This document shows, piece by piece, positions 57,776 through 64,000 of a stretch of DNA of 64,000 nt. Made by a program: the position numbers and the translations under genes. The stretch is taken from NCBI GenBank assembly GCA_022706235.1, contig JAKJCY010000002.1, positions 609 through 64,608 on the forward strand, read 5' to 3'. Numbering within the stretch: the first letter of the stretch is position 1; each line of letters begins with the position of its first letter. The DNA comes from Candidatus Hydrogenedentota bacterium (lineage in GTDB: Bacteria > Hydrogenedentota > Hydrogenedentia > Hydrogenedentales > CAITNO01). A model generated the notes under the pieces. That model saw only the letters and a list, made by a program, of their open reading frames with translations, did no database searches and was not told the DNA's origin.

Positions 57776-57859
57776 GGAGGGTTAGCATAATTGGTAATGC
57801 ACCGGTCTTGAAAACCGGCGGCTTCGGCCTTGTGGGTTCGAGTCCCTCACCCTCCGCCA
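57776..57859 (+). tRNA. tRNA-Ser(UGA) with a short variable arm
   Basis: GGAGGGTTAGCATAATTGGTAATGCACCGGTCTTGAAAACCGGCGGCTTCGGCCTTGTGGGTTCGAGTCCCTCACCCTCCGCCA. It has a 7-bp acceptor stem. The anticodon arm ACCGGUCUUGAAAACCGG matches what I recall for E. coli tRNA-Ser(UGA). CCA is encoded. Confidence 0.75.
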
Positions 57860-60087
57860 TCTATTCCCCCAGCCTTCAGCCTTCGCAGGGAACGCACTTG
57901 TCCCGCAGCCTTTCTGTAGAGGGTTTTATTGAGGGGCCGTCCGCCAAAACGCACCTGATTGTAGGTCTGAATGAAATCAGTGACGCTTTGCGGCTCCGCA
58001 AGCGACACGATTCTAAGCGCTTCCTCAATTTCATGCGCGCTCTTGTTGCTGCAGTCAACATCCATAGCGGCTACTTTTCTAAGAAAACGCAAATACAACT
58101 TTCTTACCCGGACCTGGTCTGATGTCAGACCCAGTCGGGGCAACCGTATCGACTTCCAGCGTTTCCACAGGAAAAACATTCCCCCAATTACCAGTAGAAA
58201 CGCCACTGCACGTGAGGCGGGATGTTCCAGCACCGTCCAGTAGGTAAATGATTTTCCCTCTCTTTCGGACGGTTCGGGAAGTGAAAAGTGTGGAAGCGCT
58301 CCAAAGCGAGGGCGCCAACTCCATGGACGAAGGCGCATAAGTCCGTCCAAACGGATGCTCCCCTGGAAGCCTTCCACCTGTTGAAACCAGAACATCTTGG
58401 CGCGCAGCACGTAAGATGACCATGCCATGCGTACACGCCCCAACCCCGTGGTGGGTAGGTCCGATCGCGGCGACGGGTCGAATCGAACCCAACCCACATC
58501 CTTAAAAAGGGCTTCCACCCACAAATGCGCCATGGCGCCCCGAACCAGGTAGGCATTATCCGTTTCGGAATACTCGGCGCCCCGATAACCGCTGACAACC
58601 CGCGCCGGGATGCCAAGACTTCGTACCATCAGGGCGAGCGCTGAAGCGTATAGTTCGCAATGGCCATTCTTTATGGTGGAAATAAACGCGTCTATTCCGT
58701 TCGCCGCCGGGAGGGCGGGCACGTTAAGGGTATACGAAAATTCCGGACTGCCCAGCCAGGATTCCAGCGCCCTTACCTTTTCATAGGCTGAAGGATGGGA
58801 TTCGGTAATGAATCCGGCCAGTTCCTGAGTCTCGGGAAGCAATTGATGATATGTCAACAGGCTGTAGTCACGGGAAGGCATGAAAGAATAGTCCAGAGGC
58901 GTATTCCGGAGTTCCTGCGGGTCATACTCCGGAATTGTTGAGAAACATTCATATTGCAATGTTCGCGCGCCCCGGGTTTCAAACACAAGCGTAAAGTCTT
59001 CCCCGGGATCCCAGGATACTCTGGAATAGGGGGATTCACTGAGAAGGCGCACACTTCTCGGCAAATCAAGGCAGGGCACGCCTTCCTCGGGTACGCTGTC
59101 CATATAAATGATTTGACGCACTGTACGCGCCTGGTCGCGCTGCAGCCTGCGGGCTTCCGGCAAAGCGAAGGGCAGTCCCCCTTTTGAAACATTTCCAAGG
59201 GGCCCCGGCACCTTGGGTTCATAATGTTCCTGCAGTCCCCGTCTTGACCAGGAGTCCTCTGAAAATCTGGGCAGCGTGGTGATTCTAAAGTATAAATCGT
59301 TTTCCGGTACAAAACGTTCTTCATCCTCGTCGGGAAAGCGAACGTGCATCACTACGCTGGTGTCTTCAGTGATTGTCGTGGACCCCATAAGACGAACGGA
59401 ATCCGATATTCCCGTAACGGATTGTTGAGCATCGCGACGCCCCAGCCAGCCGGCTTCAACCCGGGGAGTCAAAATGAACAAGACGACCGTGAGCAGCAGC
59501 GAGATAAAGGAGATGGCCGTCATGGAGAGGAACAGCCCGAAATCAAACAGGTTTCCGGTTTTAGGATGAAGATTGCTTCGGCGCAGGGCAACCAGTTCGG
59601 GCGAAGAACGGGCCGGGTTTTCCTGGAGTTCCACGTGCATCCTTAACACGGCAAATGCCCATACCGTGCTGGTGGCAAAAAGAATCAGGGCTATAGCAAT
59701 CATAGATTCGGGCGATTGGGATACCGCAGCAAGCAACAGAAAGAAGGCCATGAGATAGCTCTCATAATAAATGCGCGCCGTCTTGTCGCCGAGAAGGAGA
59801 TAGAGTTGAATAAAAATCACAAGCAGGATCACAGCGTCCATCAACCCGAACAATTGTAATGAGAACGGTAGAAATCCGATATAACCGATGGCGACTCCCC
59901 GCCGCGCAATACGCCACAAGTGGCTTTTCTTTTCCAAAATAGTGCCAATCGGTGCCAGGGGAAGCGCCACCAGCGGAATTAAAAGCAGGCCCGGACCATA
60001 GAGACGCACGGAGGCCAGGGCTAGATACCCGGAAAACACAAGCACCGCCGAAGCGATACGAAGTATCATATCCACCTGCCTACGCAT
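57847..60087 (-). CDS. Transglutaminase-like membrane protein (TgpA-like: DUF3488 TM region + transglutaminase core)
   Basis: The track ORF is 57847-60171. The start was chosen at ATG 60087, which overlaps the DUF58 stop by 8 nt; ATG 60069 is an alternative. Multi-TM N-terminus. Catalytic motif GHCELYASALALMVRSLGIPARVVSGY. Confidence 0.8.
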   Translation of the reverse strand: MRRQVDMILRIASAVLVFSGYLALASVRLYGPGLLLIPLVALPLAPIGTILEKKSHLWRIARRGVAIGYIGFLPFSLQLFGLMDAVILLVIFIQLYLLLGDKTARIYYESYLMAFFLLLAAVSQSPESMIAIALILFATSTVWAFAVLRMHVELQENPARSSPELVALRRSNLHPKTGNLFDFGLFLSMTAISFISLLLTVVLFILTPRVEAGWLGRRDAQQSVTGISDSVRLMGSTTITEDTSVVMHVRFPDEDEERFVPENDLYFRITTLPRFSEDSWSRRGLQEHYEPKVPGPLGNVSKGGLPFALPEARRLQRDQARTVRQIIYMDSVPEEGVPCLDLPRSVRLLSESPYSRVSWDPGEDFTLVFETRGARTLQYECFSTIPEYDPQELRNTPLDYSFMPSRDYSLLTYHQLLPETQELAGFITESHPSAYEKVRALESWLGSPEFSYTLNVPALPAANGIDAFISTIKNGHCELYASALALMVRSLGIPARVVSGYRGAEYSETDNAYLVRGAMAHLWVEALFKDVGWVRFDPSPRSDLPTTGLGRVRMAWSSYVLRAKMFWFQQVEGFQGSIRLDGLMRLRPWSWRPRFGALPHFSLPEPSEREGKSFTYWTVLEHPASRAVAFLLVIGGMFFLWKRWKSIRLPRLGLTSDQVRVRKLYLRFLRKVAAMDVDCSNKSAHEIEEALRIVSLAEPQSVTDFIQTYNQVRFGGRPLNKTLYRKAAGQVRSLRRLKAGGIDGGG

Positions 60088-61150
60088 AAATGACGTCCCC
60101 CGGGTCAAGAATGGCGATGCCGGAAACAGAATCAGCCTGTCCCCAAAGCCCAGAATCGGGTGACATGCCAATAACGCGCATGGGTTCCGAAGTCAAGCGC
60201 CGCGCGCGTATTTCGAATTCCGGATAATCTTTTGCTTCCACGGGCATGACCCTGGTGAGATGGTCAAGCAGGTGGCGCTCCTGGGAAATGCCCCGTCCAC
60301 ATGCCAACATGCGGTCAGGCGTGAAAAGCCCGACACTGTATTGATGCTTCAAAAGAGAGACCATCAAGGAGCCTGCCAAATCGATCATTTCCTCAAATTG
60401 TTCTTCATAATCCGGCTGACCTGCCCGGCGCGTGTCCAGAACGAACATGACGATGCGCGCATTACCAATCCCCATTTCTCTAACCATCCATTTGCCGAGG
60501 CGCGCGCTTATCCTCCAGACAATCATTCGAAGATCATCTCCGTATACATATTCTCTCAACGCGAAGAACTCATCTCCCTCCCCTTCTATGCGCGATAAAA
60601 CATTCTGGGCGCCGGACATGGTTTCTCTTGAGGATAACCGGGCAGGACGGATGCGAGGGTACACCAGCACCTCAACGGAATCGATATAACTTCGATGCAA
60701 CTGCAAAAATCCGAAGGGATACGAGGTACTCAGATTCACGGCCGGCAGGGTGTACACGCCTCTTCGATGGAATGTTTCTTCAATTGCAACAGTTGCTTGA
60801 TGCCCTGCCGGGATTCGGAGCACATATCCTTTGACTTTCTTGTCATGTTCTATGCGCAGGGATATGGAGGGGATTATGCGCTTGTAGTTCCCGATTCGCA
60901 CGGAACACGCGAAAGGCTCGTTTCTGTAAACGGCATAAGGTGCCTCACGGTGGAGTGTAACTTTGCGGAGGGACCCATATCCCGCGATTATGGACAAAAG
61001 GAATAAGCCAGCAACGCCGCCAAAAACAAGATAAAGCAGGTTTTCGCCGGCATTCCAAGCGGAAAACAACAGCAACAACAAAACCAATATTATAATCTTC
61101 CCGGAACGGGTCGGCCAGGCGCGGAAAGTTTTGCCGAAATTGTGACGCAT
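60080..61150 (-). CDS. DUF58 domain protein
   Basis: Motif: LREYVYGDDLRMIVWRISARLGKWMVRE. Two N-terminal TM helices. It lies between the MoxR and TgpA genes. ATG 61150 was preferred over TTG 61156. Confidence 0.85.
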   Translation of the reverse strand: MRHNFGKTFRAWPTRSGKIIILVLLLLLFSAWNAGENLLYLVFGGVAGLFLLSIIAGYGSLRKVTLHREAPYAVYRNEPFACSVRIGNYKRIIPSISLRIEHDKKVKGYVLRIPAGHQATVAIEETFHRRGVYTLPAVNLSTSYPFGFLQLHRSYIDSVEVLVYPRIRPARLSSRETMSGAQNVLSRIEGEGDEFFALREYVYGDDLRMIVWRISARLGKWMVREMGIGNARIVMFVLDTRRAGQPDYEEQFEEMIDLAGSLMVSLLKHQYSVGLFTPDRMLACGRGISQERHLLDHLTRVMPVEAKDYPEFEIRARRLTSEPMRVIGMSPDSGLWGQADSVSGIAILDPGDVIYA

Positions 61151-61152
61151 TG

Positions 61153-62100
61153 TCAAACGGGTACCTTTGTGACATTTACAATTTCGCGTATAATGCGAAG
61201 CCTTTCCAGTCCGGCAGCGGCGAGGTCGGCGCCCCTTGATTTTACAAGGAGCCGGTGTGCTAATGTGGGCGCGGCCAGAAGTTTCACATCATCCGGGGTG
61301 ACATAATCGCGCCCTTCCACCATGGCACGGGCTTGGCTCGCCTCGAACAGTGCCTGGGCGCCGCGCGGGCTGGCTCCAAGCCGTACATGCTCGTGGTCGC
61401 GCGTGGCACGCACGATATTTAGAATGTAGTGTTCTATGGACGCATCCACCGTAATTCTTTCGGCTTCCTCCTGCAACCGTATCAATTCTTCAGCGTTAAT
61501 GACTGGTTTCAGGGACGCTATAGCCTGAACCGGGTCATGGCGGCGCATGATACGCAATTCGTCCGTTTCCGGAGGATACCCGATATCCACACGAAGAAGA
61601 AAACGGTCCATTTGAGATTCCGGCAATACATAAGTGCCTTCATATTCGATGGGGTTTTGCGTGGCAATCACCATAAACGGCCGGGGCAGCGGATAGGTAA
61701 CGCTGTCTGCCGAAACCGTATATTCGCTCATGGCCTCCAGCAAGGCACTCTGCGTTTTGGGCGGGGTACGGTTGATTTCATCGGCCAACACAAAGTTGGC
61801 AAAAATGGGGCCGAACCTGAATTCAAAATCATTGGTCTTTGGGTTGATGATGGACACGCCTAGAACGTCTGAAGGAAGCATATCACTTGTAAACTGAATG
61901 CGCGTGAACGAACAATCTACGGATCGCGCAAGGCTTTGCGCCAGCGTTGTCTTTCCGATTCCGGGCACGTCTTCAATTAAAAGATGCCCCCGGGCCAGTA
62001 ACCCGATCACGCACATTTTGACCACATCGCGCTTACCGAATACTACACGCTCTACATTGTCAATAATCCGCTGTATTTGTTCACCTGTTTCCGGAAGCAT
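61153..62100 (-). CDS. MoxR-like AAA+ ATPase
   Basis: 315 aa. Motifs: LIEDVPGIGKTTLA, VLADEINRTPPKTQSALLEAM, ATQNPIEYEGTYVLPESQMDRF. Confidence 0.9.
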   Translation of the reverse strand: MLPETGEQIQRIIDNVERVVFGKRDVVKMCVIGLLARGHLLIEDVPGIGKTTLAQSLARSVDCSFTRIQFTSDMLPSDVLGVSIINPKTNDFEFRFGPIFANFVLADEINRTPPKTQSALLEAMSEYTVSADSVTYPLPRPFMVIATQNPIEYEGTYVLPESQMDRFLLRVDIGYPPETDELRIMRRHDPVQAIASLKPVINAEELIRLQEEAERITVDASIEHYILNIVRATRDHEHVRLGASPRGAQALFEASQARAMVEGRDYVTPDDVKLLAAPTLAHRLLVKSRGADLAAAGLERLRIIREIVNVTKVPV

Positions 62101-62162
62101 GGAAGTCCTTTCCTTTGAAAGATGATTGCCTTATCACGATGGCTGTCTTACTGGACACTTGC

Positions 62163-63224
62163 TTAGAGCCAGCGCTCAAACCAGTCATCGGCCACCTCAA
62201 TGGTTTCTGGAGCGACAACGTGTCCGTCGTGGTGGGTAAAATGATCAATGGCGCCGGGAGCCCCCAAAAGCTTGTATATTTTCGCGGCCGAAGAAACCGC
62301 TTTCTGACAACTTTTGGGATTGTCATGGACCGAGTTGGACAAGGAAGTGATGATCTGCAGCGGGGTCGGCGCGGCCAATGCCAGGATATGTTCCCAATCA
62401 AAGGGAAATGTCTTATCGCTGGCACACTTTTTGATTTCAGGATAAAGCACCGTATTTTCTATATGCGGCCAGATACCGGCGTTTTTGTCCGTGGCAAAAC
62501 GGGTGAATCCGCAACTTGCCACACAAGCCTGAACACGATCATCACAGGCGGACAGGAGAAGGGCGTTTAATCCACCGATGCCATGCCCGATAACCCCTAT
62601 TCGTGTTGGGTCCACACGTTTGACCTCGGAAAATATATCCAGCGCGCGCCTGTGATCAGCCAGGGTTTTTCCTGCGAAGGAGGTCTTCCTGTTTTCACGA
62701 TAAAAGGCAGTGGTGTCATAGGGTTCTCGCTTAGATGAAGCACGGCGGTTGACCGTCGGCATATCCATCGCCAAGGTTACATACCCCAGTTCCGCGTAAT
62801 GCTGCGCAAAAGCCATTCGCGAATTGCCCTCCAACCCCGCACACTCGTCTTTGCCGTAAGGCGTCTCGTGATGACAGCATAGGATGCCCGGAACGTCTTC
62901 CCTGCCTTCGGGCAGGAAAAGCCATGCCATCGCCAGTTCCGTCTCGGTAAGCGTGAAAACGATTTGGCGCCGCGTAAGACCGCGCACCTCGTTTTCCTCC
63001 GCAATCCGTATCTGCAAATCCACATTTTCATAACTGGGCATCTGAAGTGTGGAGGAAAAAGACGTTTCCAGGGACTTCCGTATCTCTGGCCAGCCCGTCA
63101 AAGAAGTAATTTTTGCCAAATCCTGCATAATACTACTGTCCATTCTCCCTATAGGCGCGAAACCACCGCTATTGGGCGGCGGCACGTTCGCATGGTAAAA
63201 TTTAGTGGATACTACTTCAGGCAA
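62163..63224 (-). CDS. Alpha/beta hydrolase-fold protein (dienelactone hydrolase/esterase-like) with Gly in place of the nucleophile Ser
   Basis: 353 aa. The nucleophile elbow reads RIGVIGHGIGG (Gly codon GGC at 62580-62582). A C-terminal HHDGH region is present. Confidence 0.7.
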   Translation of the reverse strand: MPEVVSTKFYHANVPPPNSGGFAPIGRMDSSIMQDLAKITSLTGWPEIRKSLETSFSSTLQMPSYENVDLQIRIAEENEVRGLTRRQIVFTLTETELAMAWLFLPEGREDVPGILCCHHETPYGKDECAGLEGNSRMAFAQHYAELGYVTLAMDMPTVNRRASSKREPYDTTAFYRENRKTSFAGKTLADHRRALDIFSEVKRVDPTRIGVIGHGIGGLNALLLSACDDRVQACVASCGFTRFATDKNAGIWPHIENTVLYPEIKKCASDKTFPFDWEHILALAAPTPLQIITSLSNSVHDNPKSCQKAVSSAAKIYKLLGAPGAIDHFTHHDGHVVAPETIEVADDWFERWL

Positions 63225-63305
63225 CCGTTATACTGTCCAGCGCGCTAATGGTACCACAGTCATAGATGCAACATCGCGCACTGTAACAGGTACATACTGC
63301 CATGA

Positions 63306-64000
<695 letters not shown>

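Overview
This is a 64-kb window from a moderately GC-rich bacterium. It looks like an uncultivated polysaccharide degrader, but that taxonomic guess is inference only. Everything below comes from reading the sequence and the ORF track by eye, with no searches or computations, so all family names are motif-level recognitions and all element boundaries are approximate.

**Backbone genes**
- Secreted glycoside hydrolases at 11.6-12.9, 27.8-30.8, 31.1-33.4 and 35.7-37.1 kb.
- A sugar epimerase and two alpha/beta hydrolases.
- A YhhN-YhhN-PAP2_C lipid-remodelling trio.
- uvsE, an SDR/DUF2867 protein, fused isobutyryl-CoA mutase (icmF), a MoxR-DUF58-transglutaminase operon, and the 5' end of ligA.
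- A four-gene NuoE / NuoF-GltD / NuoG-NfnA / NfnB redox operon with unusual domain fusions.
- tRNA-Met(CAU) and tRNA-Ser(UGA).

**Accessory region 1 (1-11.1 kb)**
- An Rhs polymorphic-toxin locus. The main gene encodes 2277 aa with a C39-like peptidase module, an internal lectin-like domain and a cysteine-rich C-terminal tip.
- An AT-rich gene for a membrane-anchored partner follows it.
- Next come an orphan Rhs C-terminal cassette, which shares about 1.3 kb of homology with the main gene but carries a different Cys-rich tip, and a second AT-rich partner gene.

**Accessory region 2 (16-27.8 kb)**
- A group II intron, then an orphan UPF0175 antitoxin with a truncated toxin stub.
- A roughly 9.3-kb cassette bounded by about 75-bp imperfect direct repeats. 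It carries:
  - a type I restriction-modification (R-M) system: hsdR plus an hsdM-hsdS fusion that has an in-frame TAA near its 5' end and a palindromic AATTACG-heptamer element at the M/S junction;
  - a UPF0489-like gene;
  - an AbiL-like AAA15 ATPase + RloB pair;
  - radC, plus a duplicated radC 5' fragment.

**Accessory region 3 (49.2-53.5 kb, next to tRNA-Met)**
- A decayed defence island with remnants of an SNF2/DUF3883 helicase, a DUF1156 methylase and a DUF499 ATPase.
- An NYN-domain gene broken by a perfect 20-bp tandem duplication.

No CRISPR array, integrase, transposase or T6SS gene was seen.
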